Virus record (IMG/VR): IMGVR_UViG_3300034102_002786
Span: 18,413 to 82,412 of that record
Direction: 5' to 3' (one strand)
Source: a virus
Taxonomy: Duplodnaviria; Heunggongvirae; Uroviricota; Caudoviricetes
Length of the DNA stretch: 64,000 bases
The notes beneath the pieces are model-generated. The model saw only the letters and a program-made list of their open reading frames with translations. It ran no database searches and had not been told where the DNA came from. Below, in pieces: positions 20,657 through 30,403 of this stretch; the stretch's first letter is position 1, and every line of letters begins with the position of its first letter. The translations under genes were made by a program, and so were the position numbers.

Positions 20657-21073
20657 ATGATATATTGGTTTACGGGGCAGCCGGGTACGGGCAAAACAAT
20701 ACAAGCAAACAAACTTAAAGAACTTCTCCAAACGGAAAAACGTAATTGGAGAAAGGATGTCTTTCATATTGATAACGATACGTTTGATATAAATGAAGCA
20801 CAAATAATTTCAGCCTTTTTAAATAATAATAATTGTGATGTTGTAGTTTCTATCACATCGCCTGATTTAAAACAAAGAGAGGAATTCAAAAATAAATGCG
20901 GTGATGGTATAGTAGAGATATATGTACATGCTAATAAGAAAAAATTGAAAGATAGAATGTGCGAATACGAACAACCGCAAGAAAACTTTTTTGATATGGA
21001 TACAACATCAGATAATGCAGTACAATCATTTACTAAATTAGTTCATTATTTGAGAGAAAACCAAAAGATATGA
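20657..21073 (+). CDS. P-loop NTPase, putative nucleotide/nucleoside kinase
   Basis: Walker A GQPGTGKT at the N-terminus; 138 aa. Confidence 0.5.
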   Translation: MIYWFTGQPGTGKTIQANKLKELLQTEKRNWRKDVFHIDNDTFDINEAQIISAFLNNNNCDVVVSITSPDLKQREEFKNKCGDGIVEIYVHANKKKLKDRMCEYEQPQENFFDMDTTSDNAVQSFTKLVHYLRENQKI

Positions 21074-21330
21074 ACAAAATAGAAGAAATATTTAGGGCTT
21101 GGAAAATATCATATAATCCAAATGAATGGGAAAGCGGATTGGCTATTGCTAGAATGGAAATTTGTGATAAATGCGATTCTAAAAAAGATAATCCATATAT
21201 TCATTGTGGAGAGTGTGGGTGTATGCTAAGTAAAAAAATATATACGCCTGTTATGGGTGGTTGTCCAAGAGGAAAATGGATTTCGGTAGAAATTGAATTT
21301 GAAAATAAAAAAAATAATCCGAAAAAATAA
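21070..21330 (+). CDS. Cys-rich small protein (putative zinc-binding)
   Basis: CDKCDS...CGECGC...GGCPRG cysteine clusters. Confidence 0.45.
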   Translation: MNKIEEIFRAWKISYNPNEWESGLAIARMEICDKCDSKKDNPYIHCGECGCMLSKKIYTPVMGGCPRGKWISVEIEFENKKNNPKK

Positions 21331-21378
21331 AATTGATATACTTATATAAAGAAAGCAAATAAGTCTATCAAAATTGTT

Positions 21379-21942
21379 ATGGAAGAGCAAAAAGAATTTA
21401 GGGAATTTCCTAACTTTGACCCTACAAAGAATTTATCATTGGCACCCCAACGAAGAACAAAGAGGGGATTGGGTGCTAGACCTTTATTAGAAAGTGAAAT
21501 AAAGGATATACAAAAAAAAGCCCGTTCGGCGGCTGAAGCAGCAAAATTATTAGGGGTATCATATAATACCTATAAAAAATACGCAAGAGAATATGGTGTA
21601 TTTGAGGACCTTAAAAATCCACACGGATTGGGTATAAGAAAAGGAACTCAAACCCAGGGTGGATTTCATGCATTGGACGATATTATAGCTGGTAAGTATC
21701 CAAAGTATCCTGTATGGAAACTTAAAAAAAGATTACTACTTAGTGGCTATGTTGAAGAAAAATGTTCAAATTGTGGATTTGAAGAAAGGAGAATAACAGA
21801 CCATAGAGTTCCATTAGTTTTAGACTTTTTAGATGGTAACAAAAAGAATCATCAATACGATAATTTAAGAATGTTGTGTTTCAATTGTTCGTTCTTAATA
21901 AATGGAAACCTTTCTGGACCTAAAAAAGAATATGAATATTAA
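21379..21942 (+). CDS. HNH homing-endonuclease-like protein with N-terminal helix-turn-helix
   Basis: C-terminal CSNCG...DHRVPLVL...NHQYDNLRMLCFNC is an HNH motif; AAKLLGVSYNTYKKYAREYG is HTH-like. Confidence 0.6.
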   Translation: MEEQKEFREFPNFDPTKNLSLAPQRRTKRGLGARPLLESEIKDIQKKARSAAEAAKLLGVSYNTYKKYAREYGVFEDLKNPHGLGIRKGTQTQGGFHALDDIIAGKYPKYPVWKLKKRLLLSGYVEEKCSNCGFEERRITDHRVPLVLDFLDGNKKNHQYDNLRMLCFNCSFLINGNLSGPKKEYEY

Positions 21943-21974
21943 TTTGGAAAATTCAGAAAAAAGTAGTATATTTG
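21943..21974 (+). promoter_or_regulatory. Bacteroidetes-type promoter (-33 TTTG, 20-nt spacer, -7 TATATTTG)
   Basis: aaTTTGgaaaattcagaaaaaagtagTATATTTGtaat, ~30 nt upstream of the ATG at 22001. Confidence 0.55.
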
Positions 21975-22000
21975 TAATTAAACATTAAAAACATAAAATT

Positions 22001-22222
22001 ATGGCAAAGTATTTTGAAGTTACAGTAACAGTACAACATGAGGTAGATGGCGGTAAAGGTGGTACAAAAATCAAAAAAGTGAAAGAAAACTATTTGGTTG
22101 ATGCTATGACCGTTACGGAAGCTGAAGCTAGGGTAGTTAAAGAATTCGAAAAAGCAGGTATTCAATTAGACTATGAAGTATCTGCGGCTAAAGAATCTAA
22201 AATCTTACAAGTTATTAAATAA
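22001..22222 (+). CDS. hypothetical protein
   Basis: 73-aa ORF downstream of a promoter motif. Confidence 0.45.
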   Translation: MAKYFEVTVTVQHEVDGGKGGTKIKKVKENYLVDAMTVTEAEARVVKEFEKAGIQLDYEVSAAKESKILQVIK

Positions 22223-22479
22223 TGGCTTTTGAAACTAAAATAGAAGAAGTTAAAGAAGTAGTATTAAGGAGAGTACCACCGGGTGATAGATGGCAGCCGG
22301 TAGACTCTCCTTCTACCATTTTAGAATCTCTAACCGATGGGTTGGAGTATCATTTTCAACAAACCGGACAAACGGATTTCTTCCTATCAGCTCGTAAAGG
22401 GACGGTAGAAGTAATCTATAAAGAGGAAATAAAGGTTGAGAAACCTGTTAAAAGATACTCTTTATACGATGAGGATTAA
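22222..22479 (+). CDS. hypothetical protein
   Basis: 85-aa ORF. Confidence 0.45.
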   Translation: MAFETKIEEVKEVVLRRVPPGDRWQPVDSPSTILESLTDGLEYHFQQTGQTDFFLSARKGTVEVIYKEEIKVEKPVKRYSLYDED

Positions 22480-22531
22480 GTTTGTTTACAAAAAAACTAT
22501 ATATTTATAGATAAACCTTAAAACAAAAATT

Positions 22532-22780
22532 ATGGGAACATTTTTAATTATTTTGGCAGTTCTTGCAATCGGTGGTACATTCGCATACTTCGGTATGAAG
22601 TCTGGAAAGATTGAAGATAAGAACAACAATAACATTCCAGATACTATCGAAGAAAAAATCGAAGAAGTTAAGGAAGTTGCAGTTAAAGTAAAGAAAGTAG
22701 CTGATAAGGCTAAAAAAGTTGCTAAGACTATTGTTGTTGAAAAGAAAAAGCCAGCAGCAAAGAAGAAGACTAGTAAGTAA
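22532..22780 (+). CDS. small membrane-anchored Lys-rich protein
   Basis: N-terminal TM helix followed by a KK-rich tail. Confidence 0.45.
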   Translation: MGTFLIILAVLAIGGTFAYFGMKSGKIEDKNNNNIPDTIEEKIEEVKEVAVKVKKVADKAKKVAKTIVVEKKKPAAKKKTSK

Positions 22781-22783
22781 TCA

Positions 22784-23578
22784 ATGAAAAAGCTTATATC
22801 CGAACTATCTACTATCCAAAAAGAGCTAAAGGAAATCAGAACAAACTTATTCGTAGATATTATCACCGAAGGAGTTGATGATCCTGGTATCCTTAAATGT
22901 ATCTTTTTGGCTGGTGGACCGGGTAGCGGTAAATCCTACACGGCAAAGGAAATCTTTGGTGTTGGTAGGGGAGAAATGGATTCGGTATCGGCAGGTGGAT
23001 TGAAGATAATCAATTCAGACACCGCATTTGAACAAGCTCTCAAAAAAAGAGGAATCAATCCAAAAGATTTAGCAGACATCGAAAAGAATGACCCTAACTT
23101 CTGGGCTTTTATAGCTGGGGAGACTGGTGATTCTATTCGTAATAAGGCTAAAGAGGTTACTAAGAAACAACAAGAATTTTACGAAGCAGGACGTTTAGGA
23201 ATGATAATTGACGGAACGGGAGATGAAGTTCTTAAAATCCGTAACAAAAAAGACAAAGCCGAAAAGCTTGGATATGATTGTTATATGGTATTCGTAAACA
23301 CTTCGTTGGAAGTTGCATTAAAAAGAAATGCTGAAAGAAGCAGAAGCCTACCTGAATCGTTGGTAAAAGACGTTTGGAGAAAGTGCCAAGAGAATATGGG
23401 TAAGTTTCAGGGAATATTCCACAACAATTTTATCATAGTAGATAATACGGAATACCATCCAGTTTCTAAATCAGTACAAAAGCAAGTTGATTCTTTCCTT
23501 AGAAAACCAATTGAAAACCCAATAGGAAAAAAATGGATATTGGGTGCAAGAGCTCTAAAGAAAGTTAGAAGCAAATAA
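22784..23578 (+). CDS. polynucleotide-kinase-like P-loop kinase (T4 Pnk kinase-domain-like)
   Basis: CIFLAGGPGSGKSYTAKEIFG...IINSDTAFEQ parallels T4 Pnk IILTIGCPGSGKSTWAREF...IISDTNLNPE. No fused phosphatase domain. Confidence 0.5.
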   Translation: MKKLISELSTIQKELKEIRTNLFVDIITEGVDDPGILKCIFLAGGPGSGKSYTAKEIFGVGRGEMDSVSAGGLKIINSDTAFEQALKKRGINPKDLADIEKNDPNFWAFIAGETGDSIRNKAKEVTKKQQEFYEAGRLGMIIDGTGDEVLKIRNKKDKAEKLGYDCYMVFVNTSLEVALKRNAERSRSLPESLVKDVWRKCQENMGKFQGIFHNNFIIVDNTEYHPVSKSVQKQVDSFLRKPIENPIGKKWILGARALKKVRSK

Positions 23579-23618
23579 TAGGTTACGTTACAAATTTACG
23601 TTAAAATTGTAACAACAA

Positions 23619-23744
23619 ATGGCTAAATCAGTAGGTTCGGCAAACAAAGTATCTTTTGGTAAAAGAAAGAGTAATCCAAAAGGAAAAAAATCGTATGGTC
23701 CTAAAGCACAAGCACCTAAAAAGTATAGAGGACAGGGTAGATAA
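23619..23744 (+). CDS. small basic protein (41 aa)
   Basis: Hand-translated ORF MAKSVGSANKVSFGKRKSNPKGKKSYGPKAQAPKKYRGQGR; below the ORF-track cutoff. Confidence 0.3.
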   Translation: MAKSVGSANKVSFGKRKSNPKGKKSYGPKAQAPKKYRGQGR

Positions 23745-23753
23745 AATGGGTTT

Positions 23754-23915
23754 ATGAAAAACGGAAAAGCTTACTTGAAAAAGTTTGTGTATAACGAAAT
23801 TGATGAAGAAGAATTATACATAAAAGATAAAAGCAAAGTTAAGAAACAAAAACCAAAGAAGAAGGACTCAAAACCAATTAAAGGTAAAAAGAGTTATTCT
23901 GATGATTGGGATTAA
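23754..23915 (+). CDS. small Lys-rich protein (53 aa)
   Basis: Hand-translated ORF MKNGKAYLKKFVYNEIDEEELYIKDKSKVKKQKPKKKDSKPIKGKKSYSDDWD. Confidence 0.3.
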   Translation: MKNGKAYLKKFVYNEIDEEELYIKDKSKVKKQKPKKKDSKPIKGKKSYSDDWD

Positions 23916-24337
23916 TATATAGAGTTATGAATAAATGGTTATGGAGAGCGCTCGGCTTACTTTTTGTAGGTTGTGCATACATAGGAGCTATTGTACCAGG
24001 CGTACCTATGACAACTTTTGTGGTACTAGCTGCATGGGCATTCGCTAAAAGTTCGCCAGCATTAAATCATTGGTTGCATACGCACCCAACATTCTCACCA
24101 CATCTTATCAGATGGGAAACTAAAAGAATATATCCAACAAAGGTTAAGTATATTATGCTTCTTTGTTGTTTGGTGAGCTATACATTTCTATTATTTACAT
24201 TACATAAAGTGGGAGCACTGATTGGGATAGCATTATTTATGTTATTTTGGTTAGTATGGGCTTGGAGATTTCCCGGTTCAGAAGAAGAATATGAGCGTAG
24301 AGTAAAAGCCGGTAAAAAAATTGGCTGGACAAAATAA
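23906..24337 (+). CDS. DUF454/YbaN-like inner-membrane protein
   Basis: Pattern W..LG..FVGCAYIGAIVPGVPMTTFVVLAAWAFAKSSP is typical of the YbaN family; 3-4 TM helices. Confidence 0.55.
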   Translation: MGLIYRVMNKWLWRALGLLFVGCAYIGAIVPGVPMTTFVVLAAWAFAKSSPALNHWLHTHPTFSPHLIRWETKRIYPTKVKYIMLLCCLVSYTFLLFTLHKVGALIGIALFMLFWLVWAWRFPGSEEEYERRVKAGKKIGWTK

Positions 24338-24357
24338 CATAATGTATAGTTATACGA

Positions 24358-25125
24358 ATGGAAGATGTTACTATTATTGTTCAAGGTAGAATTTCACAAG
24401 AAGCCTATGATTTTTGGTTAGAAAATTATAAGCAATATAAAGTTATTATTTCTACATGGGTTGATAATCAAATTAATTTTTTGAACATTCACGATAACTT
24501 TAGAATAATTTTATCACAAATACCATTACTATCTGGTGACCAAAATTTGAATTATCAATTAATATCCACAATTAATGCCTTAGAGTGTGTTACAACAAAA
24601 TATGTAATAAAAATAAGGGGTGATGAATATTGGTCAAATTTAGAAAATATTGTAAATACCATAAAGAAAAATGAAGATAAGATATATACATCATCCGTAT
24701 TTTTTAGACATTGGTCATTTGCAGAATATCACGTATCGGACCATTTGATGGCGGGAACAAAAGAAAATATGTCATTAATGTTTAAAGAAACTAAACATAA
24801 TTTTGATAATGGTAAGTTAAATGTTTCCAAATGGATAATAGATGGTAAATTTTGGAAGTGGGGTAATACGCATTCTCCTGAAGAGCGATTAACAAAATCT
24901 TATTTAAATGCAAAACACCCTAATAAATTTGAAAAAATTGATGGTAGAATTTTAATGAAAGAAAATTTTGATATTCTAAATATTGATGTATTAAAACCAT
25001 ATAAGATAAAAGCAAATTGTTTCAAAGTAGAATGGAGAGATAATTTTATACCAGAAAGAAATTATAGTATTTCCACAATTGACCAACTATTTAGTGATGA
25101 GCCTTATAAAATTCCAAATAAATGA
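24358..25125 (+). CDS. member 1 of a three-gene paralog family (with 25571 and 34483), function unknown
   Basis: Shares N-terminal IIVQG...ISTW and internal NYQLISTIN motifs with the proteins at 34483 and 25571. Confidence 0.5.
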   Translation: MEDVTIIVQGRISQEAYDFWLENYKQYKVIISTWVDNQINFLNIHDNFRIILSQIPLLSGDQNLNYQLISTINALECVTTKYVIKIRGDEYWSNLENIVNTIKKNEDKIYTSSVFFRHWSFAEYHVSDHLMAGTKENMSLMFKETKHNFDNGKLNVSKWIIDGKFWKWGNTHSPEERLTKSYLNAKHPNKFEKIDGRILMKENFDILNIDVLKPYKIKANCFKVEWRDNFIPERNYSISTIDQLFSDEPYKIPNK

Positions 25126-25574
25126 TATACATATCACATAGAGGAAATGTAAACGGAAGGGTAACAGATGCCGAAAATAAACCTGAATATATAGATGAAG
25201 CAATTACATTAGGATATGATGTTGAAATTGATGTTTGGTATGTTGATGGTAAATGGTCGTTAGGACACGATGAGCCACAATACGAAATAGATTTTGATTG
25301 GATGGATGATAGAAGTGATAGGTTGTGGATTCATTGTAAGAATAAACACGCAGTTGAATATTTTGCAGAAAATGATTATGAAGCCGCTAATATCAATTGG
25401 TTTTGGCATGAAGAAGATACAATGACATTGACATCATTTAATTATGTTTGGGTATATCCTGGTAAACAGCCAATTAAAAAAAGTATAGCAGTAATGCCCG
25501 AAATAAATAATGATGATGTTTCAAAGTGTAGTGGAATATGTTCAGATTACATTCAAAAATATAAAGAGCAATGA
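25122..25574 (+). CDS. hypothetical protein
   Basis: 150-aa ORF. Confidence 0.45.
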   Translation: MIYISHRGNVNGRVTDAENKPEYIDEAITLGYDVEIDVWYVDGKWSLGHDEPQYEIDFDWMDDRSDRLWIHCKNKHAVEYFAENDYEAANINWFWHEEDTMTLTSFNYVWVYPGKQPIKKSIAVMPEINNDDVSKCSGICSDYIQKYKEQ

Positions 25575-26386
25575 AAATAGCATTATGTTTTTCGGGTCAT
25601 ATGAGAGACCTAAATGAAACAAAAACTTTTTGGACTGAACTTATTGAAAAATATAAGATGGATGTATATGCTTCATTTTGGGATGAAGAAAATGAAGATA
25701 AAGGTGATACTATAAATAATTTTCTAAAAATATATACACCAAAAAAATGGGAAGTTGAAAGATATGATGTTTTTAAAGAAACAACATTAGATATTGCTTC
25801 TATGTATGTCGACCCACCATCCTTTTTCAATGATGGTTTAAAAAAAGCAGCAAAAGAATTTAGACAAATATCAATGTACTATAAAATATGGAGAGCTAAT
25901 ATGCTATCCAAACATATAGGAATTGAATATGATTTGGTAATAAGAGCAAGAACAGACATTGTATTGGATGATAATTTTGAAATTAGATATAATCAAATGC
26001 TGAATATCCCTATGGGTAGAATTAAAGCACAAATGTGGCCCGATTCGGCAAGTATTACTGATATATTTGCGTATGGTACACCAAAAATTATGGATTACTA
26101 CGCATTTGTATTTTTAAAAGCAATGGAATATCAGCAGGCTGGACATTATATGATTCCTGCAGAACATTTACTACACGTTCACTTTAAAAAGATTCATATT
26201 CAAATAAGAAGCTTTCCAAATTATCTATTGATTACAAGAGTTTGGAAAGATTCACCACATGAATATTATAACAACTACGTTTCCCCAGCGGAAGAAACTA
26301 TTGAATGTAGTGATGAAAAGGAACTAAATGTTAATCCAGCCGGCACATTTGTAAAAGATGTAAAAAAAGAGTTCAAAGTAGATTAG
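25571..26386 (+). CDS. member 2 of the paralog family
   Basis: MKIALCFSGHMRD...ASFWDEENE parallels VTIIVQGRIS...ISTWVDNQ and VVIQGTYEN...WSTWNY. Confidence 0.45.
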   Translation: MKIALCFSGHMRDLNETKTFWTELIEKYKMDVYASFWDEENEDKGDTINNFLKIYTPKKWEVERYDVFKETTLDIASMYVDPPSFFNDGLKKAAKEFRQISMYYKIWRANMLSKHIGIEYDLVIRARTDIVLDDNFEIRYNQMLNIPMGRIKAQMWPDSASITDIFAYGTPKIMDYYAFVFLKAMEYQQAGHYMIPAEHLLHVHFKKIHIQIRSFPNYLLITRVWKDSPHEYYNNYVSPAEETIECSDEKELNVNPAGTFVKDVKKEFKVD

Positions 26387-26418
26387 TTTTTCGTTTAGTT
26401 TAATATCATTATATTTAA

Positions 26419-26604
26419 ATGAAAAATATTAGCACTATGAATATTGAAAATAAAGTAAAACAGGTGATTGATATGCTAGAAGATGCTATGTCCTTTGAAG
26501 ATTGGCGTAGGGTAGAAGATGCCCACAAAGAACTGACATTCCTTTTTGAAGAAATTGAGTCATCTTTTCCTATGGATGGGTATGATGATGAGGAATTGGA
26601 TTAA
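26419..26604 (+). CDS. hypothetical acidic protein
   Basis: 61-aa ORF. Confidence 0.4.
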   Translation: MKNISTMNIENKVKQVIDMLEDAMSFEDWRRVEDAHKELTFLFEEIESSFPMDGYDDEELD

Positions 26605-26624
26605 GCATAACTGGTTGATTTTCA

Positions 26625-26635
26625 ATCACTTATAA
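26625..26635. promoter_or_regulatory. operator-like inverted repeat TTGAtttTCAA
   Basis: One of at least 11 intergenic copies of TTGA-N3-TCAA. Confidence 0.4.
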
Positions 26636-26651
26636 AAAAGATTAAAAAAGA

Positions 26652-26690
26652 TTTTGCTATATCAGGAAATCTTCGTATATTTGGGTATAA
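26652..26690 (+). promoter_or_regulatory. Bacteroidetes-type promoter (-7 TATATTTG at 26675-26682)
   Basis: gaTTTTGctatatcaggaaatcttcgTATATTTGggtat, upstream of the ATG at 26714. Confidence 0.55.
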
Positions 26691-26713
26691 TTAATCAACA
26701 AAACCCCTTTTAT

Positions 26714-28930
26714 ATGAGTTGGTATTCCGATTTTAAGACAGGTACAAAAGACCACTTAGTTAGTGGCAAATCCAAAAAAAGTAAATCATATAGTTCTTAT
26801 GGTAAATCCTCTTGGTGGATGGACGATTGGGATGTGGATTACCACTCTCCAGTTTATAGTACATACACTACAAAAGAGATTGCTACTAAGAACCTATATA
26901 AGTTGGCAGCTCATCGTAGAGCAATCGCTAACTTCGTATCTATTGTAACAGGTCAATCTATTCCTGTTAAGTTTTCAACTAAAGGCGATTCCTATACTGA
27001 TGGTAAGGTAGTAACTATTTCGGCTAACATAGCTGAACCGAAGGAGTTTGACCCGGCCGTAGGTTTGGCATTGCATGAAGGTTCACACATCAAACTTTCC
27101 AATTTCCAATTATTGAGAGATTTGGATTCGGCAATACATCGTATTGTTGGTAGTGAAGAATACAAACGATTGGATGAAGTTTCTAAAGCTAAAGGTATTC
27201 AATACTTTACAGGTATTGTGAAAGACTTACTTAACTATGTAGAAGATAGAAGGATTGATAACTTCATCTACAAATCAGCACCCGGTTATAGAGATTATTA
27301 TCGTTCAATGTATGATAAGTTTTTCAATGACCCTGCTATTGATAAGGGTATGAAATCTGATGAGTTCACCGAAGAAACGTTTGAGGCTTATATGTTCCGA
27401 TTGATTAACCTACATTCTAAATTCAGTAGGTTAGATGCCCTTAAACAATTACGTTCTATCGCTTCGGTAATTCAACTTAATCAAATCAGTAGGTTGAGAA
27501 CAACTGAAGATGCACTTAAAGTTGCTATTGAAGTTTACTCAATAATTGTGGAAGCTATTGAACCACTTAATCAGCAACAACAACAAAACGGAATTGGACA
27601 AGGTAGTGGTAATGGGCAAGCAGGTGAGGGTGAGCAAGAAGCGGGTGAAGATGATATTGATGTTCAAATGAGTGATGATGATGGTGATGATAAAAGTGGT
27701 GATACCAATGGTGATTCGGATATGAGTGGTGATTCTAATGAACCTGCTGAAGATGGTAAAGGTATGACCGGTAAGATTAGTGTTAAAGTTGGTAAAGGTG
27801 GTAAACCTTCCGATAAACCTGCTGATGGTAGATTATCACAAAGACAGATGGACATCATTCGTAAGAAGATTGAGAAACAAAAAGAGTTCTTACGTGGTAA
27901 CATTAAGAAATCTAAAATGTCTCAATCTGAATCCAAACAACTTCAATCAATTGAGGAAGCTGGCGCAGAGATGAAAGTAGTAGCACAGGATTATTATGGT
28001 ACTTCTTCTTCGTTCAAAGGTATTGAATGTGTTGTGGTTAAGAAGATGACTCGTAGCTTAATGGAGCAAGATAACTTCCCACTTACAACCAAAAGATGGA
28101 GTAGTACCGAAGATACTATGTATGAGCAGCACGCTAAAGAAGTGTTAGAAGGTATTCGTATTGGTACTTTATTGGGTAAGAAAATGCAAGTTAGAGGTGA
28201 GAGTAGAGAAACGATTTTCAATCGCCAGCTTGTAGGTAAGATGGATAAACGAATGGTATCTTCTTTGGGGTATGGTAATGAGCATGTGTTCTTTACTAGA
28301 GAGATTGATATGTTCAAAAAAGCTAACCTACATATTTCAGTAGATGCCTCTGGTTCAATGAGTGGTTCTAAGTGGAATAAAACTATGACTAATATTGTGG
28401 CATTGGCTAAGGCAGTTGATATGATTCCTAACCTTAACATTCAAATTAGTTTCCGTACAACAACTGGTGAGTTACCTTATATTGTATTGGCTTATGATAG
28501 TAGAGTGGATAAGTTTATGAAGGTTAAGCAGTTGTTTGGTTATTTACATCCAAACGGAACTACGCCTGAAGGTTTGTGTTTCGAAGCAATTTCAAAACAA
28601 ATGGTAGGTAGTAATGGCGAAGTTGATTCATACTTCTTAAACATATCAGATGGTGAACCTTACTTCCATGGCAAGGGTATGAGTTATAGTGGTAGTAATG
28701 CAGCTAAACACACTCGTAAGATGATGAAATCTATTGAGAGTATGGGTATCAAAGTATTGAGTTACTTTGTGGCAGATAATGGTTACGATATGGATGAAAC
28801 CACAAATAGTTCAGCTCGTATATTCAAAGAGTGTTATGGACCTTCAGCTAGTTATATTAATGTAACTAATGTAAACGAAGTGGCCCGTACAATGAACAAA
28901 TTGTTTATGAGTAAACCACAAAATTCATAA
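26714..28930 (+). CDS. CobT-like protein with C-terminal von Willebrand factor A (vWA) domain
   Basis: MIDAS motif DASGSMSGSKW in the C-terminal third. Start moved to the ATG downstream of the promoter, because the track's TTG start lies inside it. Paired with the downstream AAA_5 ATPase. Confidence 0.65.
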   Translation: MSWYSDFKTGTKDHLVSGKSKKSKSYSSYGKSSWWMDDWDVDYHSPVYSTYTTKEIATKNLYKLAAHRRAIANFVSIVTGQSIPVKFSTKGDSYTDGKVVTISANIAEPKEFDPAVGLALHEGSHIKLSNFQLLRDLDSAIHRIVGSEEYKRLDEVSKAKGIQYFTGIVKDLLNYVEDRRIDNFIYKSAPGYRDYYRSMYDKFFNDPAIDKGMKSDEFTEETFEAYMFRLINLHSKFSRLDALKQLRSIASVIQLNQISRLRTTEDALKVAIEVYSIIVEAIEPLNQQQQQNGIGQGSGNGQAGEGEQEAGEDDIDVQMSDDDGDDKSGDTNGDSDMSGDSNEPAEDGKGMTGKISVKVGKGGKPSDKPADGRLSQRQMDIIRKKIEKQKEFLRGNIKKSKMSQSESKQLQSIEEAGAEMKVVAQDYYGTSSSFKGIECVVVKKMTRSLMEQDNFPLTTKRWSSTEDTMYEQHAKEVLEGIRIGTLLGKKMQVRGESRETIFNRQLVGKMDKRMVSSLGYGNEHVFFTREIDMFKKANLHISVDASGSMSGSKWNKTMTNIVALAKAVDMIPNLNIQISFRTTTGELPYIVLAYDSRVDKFMKVKQLFGYLHPNGTTPEGLCFEAISKQMVGSNGEVDSYFLNISDGEPYFHGKGMSYSGSNAAKHTRKMMKSIESMGIKVLSYFVADNGYDMDETTNSSARIFKECYGPSASYINVTNVNEVARTMNKLFMSKPQNS

Positions 28931-28934
28931 CTAA

Positions 28935-28983
28935 TTGATTATCAATGAGTTAGCAAAAATACAGCTAACTCATTGATTTTCAA
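28935..28983. promoter_or_regulatory. two operator-like sites (TTGAttaTCAA at 28935-28945 and TTGAtttTCAA at 28973-28983)
   Basis: Same TTGA-N3-TCAA motif; the sites flank a 14-bp perfect hairpin. Confidence 0.4.
28941..28980 (+). terminator. hairpin terminator candidate after the vWA gene
   Basis: ATCAATGAGTTAGC-aaaaataca-GCTAACTCATTGAT is a perfect 14-bp stem followed by TTTT. Confidence 0.45.
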
Positions 28984-29014
28984 CCATTTGTAATCTCAAA
29001 AAATAATTAAAAAA

Positions 29015-29055
29015 ACATTTGGTAGTTTCAGGTATTTTTCGTATCTTTACGAAGT
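29015..29055 (+). promoter_or_regulatory. Bacteroidetes-type promoter (-33 TTTG at 29018-29021, -7 TATCTTTA at 29042-29049)
   Basis: aaacaTTTGgtagtttcaggtatttttcgTATCTTTAcgaag is nearly identical to the tRNA-array promoters. Confidence 0.55.
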
Positions 29056-29105
29056 AAGATTGATAAGAAATAACAATTATTATTTATATTTAAAACCCCT
29101 TAATT

Positions 29106-30311
29106 ATGGCAAAGTCTAATGTAGACAAAGTGAGTAAAGTAATCTTCAAAGTAGTGAAGGTAGGCTCACATTTCAAACTAGCAAATACTGCTGGTAAAAT
29201 TGTAGGTACTAACGGAATTAGTACTGGTACTCGTAAGAAAGCTTTCGAAGCTGGTAAAGCACTTCGTAAAGTAGTTGGTAGTGGTGGTAAGATTCAATAC
29301 CGCTTAACCGATATGGCTGAATTTGATAACTTAGTTGCTCCATTGAAAAGCAACGCCGAAGTTAATGTTGAGAAATTGGATAATCATAAAGAGATTACCG
29401 ATTTTATCCATAACGAATCGGTTAAACTTAAACCTGAAGGATTGGTTATTTCAGACCTTAAATGGAAATACCTTATTCGTTCAGCTGTGAGAGCTAAAAA
29501 TATTATGATGACTGGACCTGCTGGTTGTGGTAAGACATTAGCAGCTAAAGCATTAACTAAAGGTTTAAAGAGACCTGATTTCTATTTCAACTTAGGTGCT
29601 ACGCAAGATGCTAGAGCAACGTTGATTGGTAACACGCACTTTGATTCTAAGAAAGGTACTTTCTTCGCTGAATCCGCTTTCGTAAAAGCAATCACCACTC
29701 CAAACGCTGTTATCCTATTGGATGAGTTGAGTAGAGCACATCCTGATGCTTGGAATATTCTTATGACAGTGTTGGATTTGGGACAACGTTACCTTCGTTT
29801 GGATGAAGCTGTTGATTCACCAATTGTAAATGTGGCTGAAGGTGTTACCTTTATCGCTACGGCTAACATTGGTGGTGAATATACATCAACGCGTGTTCTT
29901 GACCGTGCTATCTTAGACCGTTTCACTACAATTGAAATGGATGTATTGAACGATACGCAGGAGTTTGACTTGTTAAAGTATATGTATCCAGCTGTTAATG
30001 ATGATGATTTGAAAGCAGTAGCTGAAATCGCTCACCATACTAGAGAAATAGCTAAAGGTGGTGATGGTAAATTATCAACTGGTGTATCAACTCGTGCTAG
30101 TGTAGAAACTGCTGGACTTATCTATGATGGATTCAGTTTGTTCGAAGCAGCTGAGATTAGTATGTTCCCCTTCTTCAGTAATGATGGTGGTGTGGATAGT
30201 GAACGTACCTATGTTAAGCAGTTGGTACAAAAGTATGTAAAGGATGAGAAAGCTGATGAGGCTTTATTCACCGAACCAACCGAAGATGATAGTGAAAAAA
30301 TTGTTTGGTAA
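29106..30311 (+). CDS. CobS-like AAA+ ATPase (MoxR/CbbQ/AAA_5 family)
   Basis: Walker A MMTGPAGCGKT and Walker B VILLDELSRAHPD...NILMTVLD. Confidence 0.75.
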   Translation: MAKSNVDKVSKVIFKVVKVGSHFKLANTAGKIVGTNGISTGTRKKAFEAGKALRKVVGSGGKIQYRLTDMAEFDNLVAPLKSNAEVNVEKLDNHKEITDFIHNESVKLKPEGLVISDLKWKYLIRSAVRAKNIMMTGPAGCGKTLAAKALTKGLKRPDFYFNLGATQDARATLIGNTHFDSKKGTFFAESAFVKAITTPNAVILLDELSRAHPDAWNILMTVLDLGQRYLRLDEAVDSPIVNVAEGVTFIATANIGGEYTSTRVLDRAILDRFTTIEMDVLNDTQEFDLLKYMYPAVNDDDLKAVAEIAHHTREIAKGGDGKLSTGVSTRASVETAGLIYDGFSLFEAAEISMFPFFSNDGGVDSERTYVKQLVQKYVKDEKADEALFTEPTEDDSEKIVW

Positions 30312-30403
30312 TTTAAGGGGTTAAATCCAAACATAAGGTGGGTGACTTCGGTCATCCACCATTTTTTGTAAACAAACATTTTTTTAATGGTCATTCATAG
30401 TAT

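Noticed and set aside
26654-26713. TTG start for the CobT-like gene
   Set aside because: A well-formed promoter (-7 TATATTTG at 26675-26682) lies inside this extension, so translation most likely starts at the ATG at 26714.
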